The position numbers and the translations under genes were made by a program. This document shows, in pieces, positions 21,885 to 31,927 of a stretch of 64,000 bases of DNA. Numbering within the stretch: position 1 is the stretch's first letter; each line of letters begins with the position of its first letter. The stretch spans positions 17,385-81,384 of the forward strand of contig WGDC01000014.1 in NCBI GenBank assembly GCA_015493475.1, in the 5' to 3' direction. The stretch comes from Deltaproteobacteria bacterium. Its GTDB lineage: Bacteria > Desulfobacterota > Dissulfuribacteria > Dissulfuribacterales > QOAL01. Under the pieces are notes generated by a model, which was given only the letters and a program-made list of their open reading frames with translations, did not search any database and had not been told where the DNA came from.

Positions 21885-22255
21885 GACCGCGCCTGGCTCG
21901 GAGCCGCCGTGGGCCTTGCCGCCCAGGGAGTACTTAAAAACATCCTTGGAACTGTAATGATACTTGCAGACAGACATTACTGGGTGCGCGAAAGTATAGT
22001 AGTAAACGGTTACGACGGGGAACAAGTAGAGGAGATCGGCCTGCGATCAACCGCTATCAGGCTCCTGACCGGCCATCTCACCACCATACTAAACGACGAG
22101 ATAGAAAAGAGCGCCGTAGAGAACACAGGAAGGCGGCCCTTCATCAGGAGGTAGCAGGATATCAGGCTTGCCCTTGATACACTCCTGAAAAGGTGGAAAA
22201 GCCCGTTTCCATCATGAGAAGGTCCTTAAAGGAGACCCCCGCCCGGGACCAGTAA
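21885..22255 (+). pseudogene. MscS mechanosensitive channel remnant
   Basis: AVGLAAQ-LKNI-G, VEEIGLRST; no N-terminus, TAG at 22152, then frameshifted PEKVEK-VSIMR. Confidence 0.75.
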
Positions 22256-22280
22256 GCAGTAATGATAAACGGTGGGTTTC

Positions 22281-22856
22281 TCAAGAAACCGCCTTGCCGC
22301 CAAAAAGCGGGGCCTGTCTCTCCTCAAGGCCTGTTTCAATCTCGTTTACGCCAGGCAGGTCCTTTATACTGCCAAGCTGGAATACCTCGAGAAAATGGCT
22401 CGTTGTGGCGTACAGCAGGGGCCTACCGGGAACATCCTTTCTGCCCGCTATGCGGACAAGATTCCTTGACAGAAGATGCCTTATGGTCCCGGAGGAATCC
22501 ACTCCCCTTATCCTTTCTATCTCGGCCCTGGTTACTGGCTGCCTGTAGGCGATAACGGACAGGGTTTCAAGACCGGCCCTGCTTAGCCTCTGGCAGGACC
22601 GCTTGGCAGACCGGAGAATCCATTTTCTGTAACAGGGCCTTGTCTGGAAACGAAAGCCCTTGCCCGCCCTTACAAGCTCTATTCCCCTGCCCTCCATGGA
22701 ATAGTCTGCCTCGAGACTCGATATGGCCTGTTTTAAAAGCTCAAGGGGGGCGTCCGCCACTGCCTGCCTCAGTACAGAGATTGAAACCGGGGCAGGGCTT
22801 GCAAATATAATGGCCTCTATGACAGGCTTAATGGAAGACAGGCTCCAGGTTGTCAC
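22281..22856 (-). CDS. scpB: SMC-Scp complex subunit ScpB
   Basis: IEAIIFA, LSRAGLETLSVIAYRQPVTRAEIERIRGVDS, PGRPLLY-TT-FL. Confidence 0.96.
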   Translation of the reverse strand: MTTWSLSSIKPVIEAIIFASPAPVSISVLRQAVADAPLELLKQAISSLEADYSMEGRGIELVRAGKGFRFQTRPCYRKWILRSAKRSCQRLSRAGLETLSVIAYRQPVTRAEIERIRGVDSSGTIRHLLSRNLVRIAGRKDVPGRPLLYATTSHFLEVFQLGSIKDLPGVNEIETGLEERQAPLFGGKAVS

Positions 22857-22859
22857 GGT

Positions 22860-23162
22860 CTAAAGCTCTTCCACCACTACCGTGCCACTTATCTTTATAT
22901 CCTTGCCCTTGTCATCTATGAAAGAAATGTAGGCTCCCTGCACTTCTATCTTGAACCGGCCCTGCCAGCTCCTTATCACCTTGCCGTTACAGTCGTACAA
23001 CGTTACGCGCCTTTTTAGGCCAATGATGTCGGATTTAAAATGTTTGAGATTCTTTCTCTGCCTTTCGGTGCAACCTGCCCCAAATATCAAGATGGCAAGC
23101 ATGAAAACAAGTAGAAGAAAAAGGACACCGCGCCTGTTCTGACTTCTTGATCGAATTTTCAT
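22860..23162 (-). CDS. Hypothetical lipoprotein
   Basis: Basic N-terminus, hydrophobic core, lipobox-like GAGC; start moved to ATG 23162. Confidence 0.7.
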   Translation of the reverse strand: MKIRSRSQNRRGVLFLLLVFMLAILIFGAGCTERQRKNLKHFKSDIIGLKRRVTLYDCNGKVIRSWQGRFKIEVQGAYISFIDDKGKDIKISGTVVVEEL

Positions 23163-23175
23163 CTCCTGAACCTTC

Positions 23176-23766
23176 CTAACACGATACACTTGAAATTCCG
23201 AGCTCAAAGGCATTAAGATTAGCATCAACAAACTTTGGTTTTACCTTGCCCCTGATGGTCTCTTTCATCATCTGAGCCGTAACGGGCAGCTCCCCTAGCC
23301 CTATGAGAACACCGAGGAGAACCACGTTCACCGCCTTGGCCGTTCCAGCCTGCCTTGCAAGTTCGTCAGCATCAACAGCGCAGACCCTCCTGTAATTCGA
23401 CTTGATGAAAGCGATCCATTGGTCCACGTCTGGGTACTCTGCCTGGCCAAGCTTCACTGTAATAGGGGTAATGGGCCTGATGTTGGTTACTATGGAAGTA
23501 TTCCTGGAACACCTGTTTAACGCCCTTATGGTTTCAAGTGGTTCAAAGCTGACTAGCATGTCCGCCTCACCAGTTGAAATTATTGGGCTTTTTAAACCTC
23601 CAAGCATCACGGTAGACTCAACAACGCCGCCCCGCTGCGCCATACCGTGCACCTCGCTCACCCGCACATCCATTCCTGCCGCCATGGCTGCCTCCCCCAT
23701 GAGTCTCGAGGCAAGCAAGGTTCCCTGTCCACCAACGCCTGAAAATAGTATCTTCATGGTATCCAT
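23176..23766 (-). CDS. iorB: Indolepyruvate:ferredoxin oxidoreductase subunit beta
   Basis: GVGGQG, SEVHGMAQRGG, N-AFELG. Confidence 0.94.
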   Translation of the reverse strand: MDTMKILFSGVGGQGTLLASRLMGEAAMAAGMDVRVSEVHGMAQRGGVVESTVMLGGLKSPIISTGEADMLVSFEPLETIRALNRCSRNTSIVTNIRPITPITVKLGQAEYPDVDQWIAFIKSNYRRVCAVDADELARQAGTAKAVNVVLLGVLIGLGELPVTAQMMKETIRGKVKPKFVDANLNAFELGISSVSC

Positions 23767-25458
23767 CTACTTTCTGCCTCCAAACTTTTTGTAATAGAGA
23801 ATGCAAGGGGCCTCGGCAATGACCACGGAAAGCTCGTCGCGCGAAAGCACGTCCTTGAAAATGGCTACCGTCTCCTTTTTCTTGTAGGGATTAACCTTGC
23901 GGACATTCCGGATTCCAAGACCTTTCACGGCATTTTCAATGGGGATGCGGGGCCTGTCATAGCCTGGAGGACGTATCTCGATGCCGGGATTGGGCTGGTG
24001 GCCCGTCATGGCAGTGGTGCTGTTATCGAGTACCACGAGGCAAAACTTGTGTTCGTTGTGGAAAGCGCTTGCAAGGGACGAAAGCCCGGAATGAAAAAAG
24101 GTGGAATCCCCTATGAATGAGACTATCCTCTGATCGGTTGCCACCGAGAACCCGGATGACGAACCAACACTCGAACCCATGCAGAGGAGATAATCGGCCA
24201 TCTGTATGGGAGGAAGGAGACCAAGGGTGTAACAACCGATATCAGTAGGGTAGACGGCCACGTCTTCCTCTCCAAGTTCCCTAAGCGCCTTCTTTACGGC
24301 ATTGTAAGTCTCTCTGTGGGGGCAGCCCTTGCATAGGCTTGGCGGCCTCATGGGAAGCGGGGGAAGCGAGGAAAGATCCGGCATCTCCGGCTCAACAAAT
24401 GCCGTCCCAAGGAGGTCTGAAACGGCCTTTTTCACCATGAGAGGATCAAATTCATACATCCTTGAAAAATGGCCGCTTGACTTTCCAAGGACCTGTATGT
24501 CCCTGCCCATGTCCTTGCAAAGTATCTTGATCTCGTCCTCGAGAAACGGTTCAAGCTCCTCAACCACGAGCACCCTCTCCACTTTTCCGATGAAATCCTT
24601 CAGCAGGGCAACAGGATATGGAAATGTGAACCCGAGTTTCAGGAAACGCACCCTGTCTTTTACATCGAGCTCCGAAAGAGCATCTTCCACATAGCAGACA
24701 CTTACGCCAGAGGCCACTATTCCTACGGTTCCATGGCCCTTCACGCTGTTGAATGGCGAATCTTCTGCGAGCCCCTGGGCCTTTTCATCTTTTTCCAGAA
24801 GCACCTTATGTCGAATCCTCGCTACAGCAGGTACCGGGACCCACCTTCTCATGTCCTTCTCGAACCTTCCCTTGCGCTTCACCTCTTCAGGCAAGGGGCC
24901 GAGCTTCACAGGACCTCTCACGTGGGACGTACGTGTGGTGGTCCGGATTATAACCGGAAGCTCGAGGGATTCTGAAATCTCAAAGGCCCGGATCGTCATG
25001 TCTCTCGCTTCTCCGGGAGAGGAAGGCTCCAGCATGGGAAGGCCGGCAAACCTTGAATAGGCCCTGTTATCCTGTTCGTTCTGGCTCGAGTGCATGTAAG
25101 GATCATCAGCGGTAACTATCACCATCCCTGCCTTCACTCCCACGTAAGCCAGTGTCATGAGAACATCCGAGGCCACGTTCATGCCAACATGTTTCATGCA
25201 AGTAAGGGAACGGACACCTGCGGCTGCCGCTGAGGCCGCCACCTCCATGGCCACCTTCTCGTTTGTGGAAAACTCAAAGTAAAGAGGCCAGTCCCCCTCA
25301 AGGGAAATGAAAAACAGGTTGTTTGCAATCTCTGAGGAAGGAGTGCCGGGATACGCAGCCGCAACAGCCGCACCTGCCTCTATTGCTCCCCTGACTATGG
25401 CCTCGTTTCCAAGAAGCAATCTGTTCTGCCCCGTTTCCTTGGATAAAAGAGGATGCAT
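23767..25458 (-). CDS. iorA: Indolepyruvate:ferredoxin oxidoreductase subunit alpha (no C-terminal ferredoxin domain)
   Basis: LLGNEAI, YPGTPSSE, NEKVA, MKHVG, SSQNEQD, C-GCPH, DIGCY, GDSTF-HSG, TAMTGHQP. Confidence 0.94.
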   Translation of the reverse strand: MHPLLSKETGQNRLLLGNEAIVRGAIEAGAAVAAAYPGTPSSEIANNLFFISLEGDWPLYFEFSTNEKVAMEVAASAAAAGVRSLTCMKHVGMNVASDVLMTLAYVGVKAGMVIVTADDPYMHSSQNEQDNRAYSRFAGLPMLEPSSPGEARDMTIRAFEISESLELPVIIRTTTRTSHVRGPVKLGPLPEEVKRKGRFEKDMRRWVPVPAVARIRHKVLLEKDEKAQGLAEDSPFNSVKGHGTVGIVASGVSVCYVEDALSELDVKDRVRFLKLGFTFPYPVALLKDFIGKVERVLVVEELEPFLEDEIKILCKDMGRDIQVLGKSSGHFSRMYEFDPLMVKKAVSDLLGTAFVEPEMPDLSSLPPLPMRPPSLCKGCPHRETYNAVKKALRELGEEDVAVYPTDIGCYTLGLLPPIQMADYLLCMGSSVGSSSGFSVATDQRIVSFIGDSTFFHSGLSSLASAFHNEHKFCLVVLDNSTTAMTGHQPNPGIEIRPPGYDRPRIPIENAVKGLGIRNVRKVNPYKKKETVAIFKDVLSRDELSVVIAEAPCILYYKKFGGRK

Positions 25459-25479
25459 TGGTATCTCCTGGAATTCGCT

Positions 25480-26517
25480 TTATTCTGCCAGCTCTGCCAT
25501 CTTCACAACATCCGTAGTGGTAAAACCGGAACCGGCAATGATGCGCGCCTTAGACGCATCAGTACCAAAAAGCTGCTCCACCTCTATGGTTCCCTTCAGG
25601 GAACCAAGCCCGTAACCGAGGGAATGCCGCGTGATGGGATCGATTATCTCCTTTCCCCTTGAATAGACGTTAAGCTTGTCACCGGGCTGCAGACCTGTCA
25701 GCCTGCCCGAATTCAGATAGACGTGCCCGTCTTCCACCTTCACTATCCGGCAAGACCACTCGGTCCCCCTCACAATGTCCTTTGAGATCTTCTTCGCAAC
25801 CTTATCAAACTGTGAAATGGTCGCGAGGTAGGAGCCGATCAGGACATTTTCCGTAGCGTGTATCACATCAAGACGCAGCGCCGATCTCTCTCCCTTGGCC
25901 GTGGCGGCATTCCCTTGTGGAAAATAAACAAATATATAGGCCTGGATGCCAGCAATGGCAGCAATTTCTCGCCTTACAGACGCTGAGGCAAGATCGGCCA
26001 CTGTGTACCCATGTTTCTTCAAGAGAAAGGCGAGCTCGTTGGAATCCACAGGGACAATCCCGTCCGTTCTCCTCAAGGCCGCTGGAAGCAAGGACAGGAC
26101 ATCGAGGCCAAGATCGCCAAGAAGGGATATCAGGACCACCTTTCTCCTGAGAACGGGAAGCCCGTGGATATCCGTGGCCCGCTCCGGAAGACCCTTAAGC
26201 CTCTGCTCAAGCTTTGCAAGCCTCTTCTCAAGTTCCTTTTCCCTCTTGCTGCTGCCGAAAAGCCTTATCTTAGACCCTGACGACTTTGTCTTTCTGAAGT
26301 ATTCAGCGGTGATACCAAAGGTTGGGTCCCCGATTATCTGCTCCGCCATTTCCTGCTCATCCTTATCCTTGGAAGAAGCAGCGGCCTGTTTCCCGGAAGC
26401 AGGCCTGGAAGCGGAGCTTTTTGCCGCAGGCGAACAACCGCTAAGGGAAAACACGAGAAAAAGAAGGCAGAAAAAAATGGCCTGGGGCCTATCTGGTCTA
26501 ATAGATATCTTTTCCAT
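25480..26517 (-). CDS. Lipoprotein with FlgT-C-like C-terminal domain
   Basis: Lipobox LSGC; C-terminal VYLNSG-GL-GD-L-V-IIDP-T-LG motif typical of CsgG/FlgT-type proteins. Confidence 0.65.
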   Translation of the reverse strand: MEKISIRPDRPQAIFFCLLFLVFSLSGCSPAAKSSASRPASGKQAAASSKDKDEQEMAEQIIGDPTFGITAEYFRKTKSSGSKIRLFGSSKREKELEKRLAKLEQRLKGLPERATDIHGLPVLRRKVVLISLLGDLGLDVLSLLPAALRRTDGIVPVDSNELAFLLKKHGYTVADLASASVRREIAAIAGIQAYIFVYFPQGNAATAKGERSALRLDVIHATENVLIGSYLATISQFDKVAKKISKDIVRGTEWSCRIVKVEDGHVYLNSGRLTGLQPGDKLNVYSRGKEIIDPITRHSLGYGLGSLKGTIEVEQLFGTDASKARIIAGSGFTTTDVVKMAELAE

Positions 26518-26774
26518 TATCGAAAAACCTGATAAACAGTCCTTGAAACGCAGGCAAAATCATAGCGAAAATTGGAAAACGGTTCTCCCGTTTAAAGCCT
26601 TTTGATTAAGCGCAGCAGCGTAGTTGATGTTGGCAACTATAGACGGCTGCTCGACTCCGGTCAAGAAAAGTCGGGACCTAAAAATGGCATAACCGGGACA
26701 AAAAACAAGGGTAGAGTAGGGTTATGAAAAAACGGCATTTTGCATAAATGTGAGCAGAGGCGGGGGAACGACCT

Positions 26775-27434
26775 CTATTTCATCAGCCTGATGAATATCC
26801 TTACATCCCTGGCGTTTTCCGTAAACCGCAGTGAGCTGACATACCCGCAGATGGTTCCCTTAAATGAATTCCTCACAAATCTTTTCAGCGGTATTTTTCT
26901 TCCGTTAACGAGAAGGCATATTTCGTCTTCTCTCACCATGGAGTGAAGTTGCAAGGTCTCTTCTATGAAATCGCACAGGGCCTTTACCTCGTGGAAGCCG
27001 AAGCGCCTGACCCCTTCCACCTTGAAATCGGAAACTACCGCAACCACGCCATCTACCTTGTCCTTGATAAGCTCCATGGAAACCGAGCGGCGGGCCACCT
27101 CTATCTTCCTGACATCGTTTGCCGATTTAAACCCCTCGCATAGAACAAGATCGCTATCGGGAAAAAGTGAAACCGCAAGGGCAGCAAGGTCCTGATCCTT
27201 CCTTGGAACAGTCGCCGTACAGGAAGAAGGCGTTACCACGGCAAGGCGCTCCACGCCTTCCTGCCTGTAGAGATCCGTATCAGAACCGGGTTTTTCGAAG
27301 GGGACTAGCTCGTGCTCTGTGGACTTTATGATCCCGACGGTGTATCCCCTGCCCTTTAGCTCCCTGAATACCTTTGTTAACAGGGTTGTTTTCCCAGAAT
27401 CGTGGTAACCGATAAACGATAGAACTCTACCCAT
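26775..27434 (-). CDS. mobB: Molybdopterin-guanine dinucleotide biosynthesis protein B
   Basis: GYHDSGKTT P-loop, KPGSDT, LCEGFK, C-terminal extension; start moved to ATG 27434. Confidence 0.88.
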   Translation of the reverse strand: MGRVLSFIGYHDSGKTTLLTKVFRELKGRGYTVGIIKSTEHELVPFEKPGSDTDLYRQEGVERLAVVTPSSCTATVPRKDQDLAALAVSLFPDSDLVLCEGFKSANDVRKIEVARRSVSMELIKDKVDGVVAVVSDFKVEGVRRFGFHEVKALCDFIEETLQLHSMVREDEICLLVNGRKIPLKRFVRNSFKGTICGYVSSLRFTENARDVRIFIRLMK

Positions 27435-27523
27435 AACTTCTCCATATATGAACATGCCCTGATTTTGCTTTACAAGCGAGCTATGTTACTTTTAAAAAAT
27501 TTAGGGCGCAATACACAAGAGCG

Positions 27524-28291
27524 ATGATACCAGTCACCCTCAAATATGAAACCACATTAATCTCCCGTGAAGGCACTGAAGCCAGACAGGAAACCGTGGC
27601 CGTGGAAACCCCGTTCAAGGTGGCCTTGAATGACGAATCCATTGGCGCATCAATGGTTCTGCCAAGCGGTCTGCAGGAATTCGGAGTGGGCTTTCTTTTC
27701 GGCCAGGGCTACATAGAAAAAAGAGAACAGCTCAAGGAGGTCTACGTCTGCCATGAAGGCAGGATAAGCGTCTATGCCGACGTGGAAAACATGGAACATA
27801 GGGAGGTAATCATCACCTCTGGCTGTGGGGGCACTGGAAAGATCTCCAGAAAAATGCTCGAAGGGGCCTTCGGCCCGTTATCTGAATGCACCATCAGCCT
27901 CGACGAGATGGAACGGTTTATTATCGAAGTCCTTCACTACTCGGACCTTGGGCTTAAAACCCACTGCATCCACGCCTGTGGGTTCTGGTCGGGAGGGAAA
28001 CTTACCGCATTTTACGAGGATGTCGGCCGCCATAACGCGGTGGATAAGGTCATAGGGGCAATACTGCTCGGAAAAATAGCGCCCAAAGGAGCAATCTATA
28101 CAACCGGCAGGCTCACCTCTGACATGGTGTTGAAATGTGCCAGGATCGGGATTCCCATTATCATGTCAAGAACCGCTCCGTCCTCTCTTGGCCTGGCCAT
28201 AGCGAGAAGGGCCGGTGTGACCCTGGCAGCATACGTCCGGCCACACAGGGTGAACTGCTTCCACGCACCCGGAAGGATAATTACCGCCTGA
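27524..28291 (+). CDS. fdhD: Formate dehydrogenase accessory sulfurtransferase
   Basis: ITSGCG, EDVGRHNAVDKVIG, TGRLTSDMVLK. Confidence 0.93.
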   Translation: MIPVTLKYETTLISREGTEARQETVAVETPFKVALNDESIGASMVLPSGLQEFGVGFLFGQGYIEKREQLKEVYVCHEGRISVYADVENMEHREVIITSGCGGTGKISRKMLEGAFGPLSECTISLDEMERFIIEVLHYSDLGLKTHCIHACGFWSGGKLTAFYEDVGRHNAVDKVIGAILLGKIAPKGAIYTTGRLTSDMVLKCARIGIPIIMSRTAPSSLGLAIARRAGVTLAAYVRPHRVNCFHAPGRIITA

Positions 28292-28388
28292 AAAATCGGG
28301 CAATGGATAGCACTTTGCACATTTATCCTTTCTTATCGCACATTCGTGCTTAGAATATTTGTAAAACAACTCTACGGGACAGGGGAAT

Positions 28389-29363
28389 ATGTCAAAAGAG
28401 GTCAAGGAACTTGTAAAGACGATCAGGCCAGGCCTTTCTCTCGGGGAATACGGCAGGGTATACAGGGACACCTCGGCTTTCATGAAAATCTCCTACGGAG
28501 ATGTCATTGAGCTCAAGGGCCAGCACTATCTCGTGCTCAGAGACGAATCTGAAAGGAGCTTTGGGATAGAGGACCCCAAGTACTGGGTCAAAAGATGCAT
28601 ACACTTAGAATCGGGGGACAGGAAGATACTGAAGCTGGTGTTCCACGAAAAATTCACGCTGAAGCTCGGTGACCTTGAAATACCCTGTTACAGGAGCCCG
28701 AGAAAAGAGGCCAGGATACTTGACCTTGTGAGGGGGGACAAAAGGTTCATGCAGGGGCAGTCCTACCATGACGCCAAGGGAAACGTGGTGAGAATACTTG
28801 ACGTAGTAAGAGGCAAGAGGCTGGACCACTGTGTATTCGAGATAGAAAAGGGCCACCGCGACTACTTCTTCCAGGATTTCCCTCGCATACTTGGAAAATT
28901 CATGGATTCATGCAGGGCCATAGGGATGCTGCATGAAAAGAGAGAAATCCATGGAGATATACGAAGGGATCATCTGTGGAGAGAATACAAGGGCGGCCGA
29001 TACGTCTGGATCGATTTTGACTACGCGTACGAGTTTGAGGAAAGCCCATTTGGCCTGGACATATTTGGCCTGGGAAACCTGCTCATATACCTTGCGGGCA
29101 AACAGATTTACACGGCCGCCAATATCGAAAGGATTATTGGAGAAAGAAGGGTAAAGCTTGAGGAAAACGACTTTTCCCTTCTCTATCGGAACAGGATAGT
29201 AAATCTTCGGAAACTTTTCCCTTATATTCCGCAGGAACTTAACCTCGTTTTTCTTCATTTTTCCCAGGGCGCCGAGGTCTTCTATGAAACGGTGGAGGAA
29301 TTTCTCCGGGAGCTTGAGCCCTGCTTAGACATCATTATTGAGAGAAAGGAAGGCTGGTCATGA
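28389..29363 (+). CDS. Atypical protein kinase-like protein
   Basis: KILK lysine, E helix, HGDIRRDH catalytic loop, WIDFD, DIFGLG. Confidence 0.75.
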   Translation: MSKEVKELVKTIRPGLSLGEYGRVYRDTSAFMKISYGDVIELKGQHYLVLRDESERSFGIEDPKYWVKRCIHLESGDRKILKLVFHEKFTLKLGDLEIPCYRSPRKEARILDLVRGDKRFMQGQSYHDAKGNVVRILDVVRGKRLDHCVFEIEKGHRDYFFQDFPRILGKFMDSCRAIGMLHEKREIHGDIRRDHLWREYKGGRYVWIDFDYAYEFEESPFGLDIFGLGNLLIYLAGKQIYTAANIERIIGERRVKLEENDFSLLYRNRIVNLRKLFPYIPQELNLVFLHFSQGAEVFYETVEEFLRELEPCLDIIIERKEGWS

Positions 29364-29812
29364 ATTACAAGAAGATACTAATTGCGGCGGATGCGTCGGA
29401 AAATGCAAGAAGGGCCGTAGACTATGTCGGGCGGATCGTGGGGCGCAGCCCGGGCTTCGAGATTACGGTCCTGTATGTAATCCGTCATGCAGAAAGGGAC
29501 CTTTTCCCCGATGACAAGTCGTGGCAGGCAAGGAAAAGACACGAAAAAGAAGAGGCACTGCATGTCCTCCGCGAACTTAAGGAACTCCTTTCCACGAAAG
29601 GGCTCGAACGTGGTACGTTGTCCACGGACCTGTTGGAGATAACGGATTTCAGCATTGCCCAGGCCATCATGGACTACCAGAAAAACGGCGGCTTCGGGAC
29701 TATAGTAGTAGGACGGCGAGGCATGTCAAAGGCAGAGGAATTTCTCTTTGGCAGCATATCCAACAAGATAGTCCATTACGCAAAAAACTGCGCCGTATGG
29801 ATTATAGAATAG
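29360..29812 (+). CDS. Universal stress protein
   Basis: KILIAADASEN, IVVGRRG-S-FLFGSISNKIV. Confidence 0.92.
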   Translation: MNYKKILIAADASENARRAVDYVGRIVGRSPGFEITVLYVIRHAERDLFPDDKSWQARKRHEKEEALHVLRELKELLSTKGLERGTLSTDLLEITDFSIAQAIMDYQKNGGFGTIVVGRRGMSKAEEFLFGSISNKIVHYAKNCAVWIIE

Positions 29813-29890
29813 AATCGTTTCTCCCTCGCGGTCTTTTGTTCTTTCCTTTAAACTCCCGTTCAACAGGCCAAGGGATATGAAGGCGACAAC

Positions 29891-30457
29891 ATGAGGCCAC
29901 GTCTTGTAAACTGCATTGGTTTTGACGACTGCCCTTTTCAAAGAAACTACCGGGGACAAATCGGGATCGTTGGGACCGTCTATGCCGGCAAACGACTTGA
30001 TGGAATCCTAAAAGGTAGTGTGGAAAAAGACGGAGACGACTCTGCGGAACACCTAATTGAAATCGTGGGAAGTTCGCGGTTCTATGAGCACTGCAACCTC
30101 ATAATGCTTCAGGGAATCTGTCTCGGAGGATTCAACATAGTGGATGCGGAAATGATCCACCGGGAACTGTCAAGACCCGTCTTAGTGGTGGCGAGAAAAA
30201 TGCCCGATTACCAGGCCATAAGGAATGCCCTTTTAAAAAAGGTGCCCCGGGGGAAGGCAAAATGGAAGATAATCAGCGGGCTTGGTCCCATGGAGCCGTG
30301 CTGTAAATGCTTTATCCAGAGGATTGGACTTGGTTTTGAAGAAGCGGAAAAGATCATTAATTTCTTTTGCATAAATTCAAATATCCCAGAGCCCATCAGG
30401 ACTGCCCACCTCATAGCCGGGGCACTAGGCAAGGGGTCGAGCAGAGGAAGGGTGTGA
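29891..30457 (+). CDS. DUF99 family (endonuclease dU-like) protein
   Basis: IGFDD-PF, DGDD, LQGI-GGFNIVD, PEPIRTAHLIA. Confidence 0.88.
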   Translation: MRPRLVNCIGFDDCPFQRNYRGQIGIVGTVYAGKRLDGILKGSVEKDGDDSAEHLIEIVGSSRFYEHCNLIMLQGICLGGFNIVDAEMIHRELSRPVLVVARKMPDYQAIRNALLKKVPRGKAKWKIISGLGPMEPCCKCFIQRIGLGFEEAEKIINFFCINSNIPEPIRTAHLIAGALGKGSSRGRV

Positions 30458-30584
30458 TGCCCAGGAAACGGATAAGCGAATATCACGCCATATCATCAAC
30501 AAACGGGGCCTCTCATAAAATTATTTTATGCTTGGCCCCGTTTAATTAACTTTTTTAAAGGTTTTTCTATAGCAAAAGAGCGGA

Positions 30585-30866
30585 CTATTTCAGCTTTTTC
30601 TCTTCTTTCTTTAAATCTTTCAACTTCTTCTTGTAATATTTCAGGCACTGCTTGATGAACCTCTGCTGTCCCCTCTTGGAGGTGAGATTTTCCCTCTCTA
30701 CGGGTGCATCCCAGCATGCCAGCAGGATAAGCTTTATGGGCAGATTCATATCCATCAGGCAGCTTATCTTGCTTTCATAGTATTCCTTTTCCACCTGAAG
30801 CTGAATACGCTTGTTTTTAGTGATTGCAGTGACTGGAAGCTCTCTTTTCACCATGGCAAGATTCAT
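30585..30866 (-). CDS. Hypothetical basic protein
   Basis: 93-aa ORF with RBS-like GGTGGA filling an intergenic gap; no family recognised. Confidence 0.55.
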   Translation of the reverse strand: MNLAMVKRELPVTAITKNKRIQLQVEKEYYESKISCLMDMNLPIKLILLACWDAPVERENLTSKRGQQRFIKQCLKYYKKKLKDLKKEEKKLK

Positions 30867-30951
30867 TGTTCAGTCCACCTTTCTCTCTGATCTTTCCAAT
30901 TCTCCTGCAAAGTTACTGCCAATCTCGACGAACGCGAGCAGGGAAAATCTG

Positions 30952-30979
30952 TAAATAATCCCGTCCATCCAGCCGATAA
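30952..30979 (+). promoter_or_regulatory. Putative sigma-28 promoter of the HDOD gene
   Basis: TAAA-N16-GCCGATAA 54 nt upstream of ATG 31034. Confidence 0.65.
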
Positions 30980-31033
30980 AACAAAATAGGTAGAACTTTT
31001 TTTCTAAAAACGGAAGAATTTTTCACATAAGAA

Positions 31034-31912
31034 ATGATAAAAAATGTTGCCATAATTGATCTCGACACCCAGAGACGGAAAAAAGAGATCATCTCCAAGA
31101 TCAAAAGGATCCCCCCTCTGCCCGCTGCGGCACAGGAGGTCCTTACAATTGTGGCCCAAAACCCCCAGGACATAAGACGGCTTGAGCAGGTGATAATGCA
31201 CGACCCCTCCCTTTCATCGCAGCTTCTAAAGGTAGCCAACTGCGCCGCATACTATCCCGCAAGCCAGATCACCACCATACACAGGGCCATAGTGTTCCTC
31301 GGCTTTTCCGAAGTCAGGAGCCTTGCCCTGAGCCTGAGTATCTCCAGCGTATTCAAGGGCAAGAAATCACGCACCGGTTTTGACAGGCAAAAATTCTGGG
31401 AACATTCCATAGCGACCGCAATGATAAGCAGGATACTGGCAGGGGAACTCGAAATTGAAGAGACGGATGTCTATTTCACCTGCGGGCTGCTTCACGACCT
31501 TGGCAGAGCGGTCATGGACACGTGTTTCCCCCAGGACTGGAAGCGTATTCTAAACCTCGCAGAGGAAAACGGATATTCCCTGATCAAGGCGGAAAGAACC
31601 ATGGGCTTCCCCCATAATGTCATTGGCGCCTGGCTCGTGAAAAACTGGGACCTGCCTTCAATCTACCACCGTGTCATCGCAAGCCACCACCTGCCCCCTG
31701 GCCATCCACACTTCAATACGGACGGCGCAATCATTGAGCTTGCCGACTACCTGAGCCACGAACTCGGCCTGGGCCTTTACATGTCTCCCCATTGCAACAA
31801 AACTGCGCTGGCCAATTACCTGGGACTTGGGCAGGAAAGGATAGAGCTCCTGCAAGAACACATCAACAAACTTGCGGAGATTGCCGAGGCCATTTCAAAG
31901 GGAATGCTTTGA
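31034..31912 (+). CDS. HDOD domain protein
   Basis: IPPLP, DPSLSSQLLKVAN, FWEHS, GLLHDLG, H-IGAWL-W-LP. Confidence 0.92.
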   Translation: MIKNVAIIDLDTQRRKKEIISKIKRIPPLPAAAQEVLTIVAQNPQDIRRLEQVIMHDPSLSSQLLKVANCAAYYPASQITTIHRAIVFLGFSEVRSLALSLSISSVFKGKKSRTGFDRQKFWEHSIATAMISRILAGELEIEETDVYFTCGLLHDLGRAVMDTCFPQDWKRILNLAEENGYSLIKAERTMGFPHNVIGAWLVKNWDLPSIYHRVIASHHLPPGHPHFNTDGAIIELADYLSHELGLGLYMSPHCNKTALANYLGLGQERIELLQEHINKLAEIAEAISKGML

Positions 31913-31927
31913 AAACCGACCCCTGAC

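Noticed and set aside
22202-22210. CCCGTTTCC matching the tRNA-Gly 3' end as an attR site
   Set aside because: Only 9 bp, also present near 25430, and no integrase; chance match
23764-23769. TAG-ATG in-frame junctions (iorA/iorB; also rfbD/lptF at 2076-2081) as pyrrolysine or readthrough fusions
   Set aside because: Each downstream gene starts at its normal N-terminus; these are ordinary tight operon junctions and no pyl genes are seen
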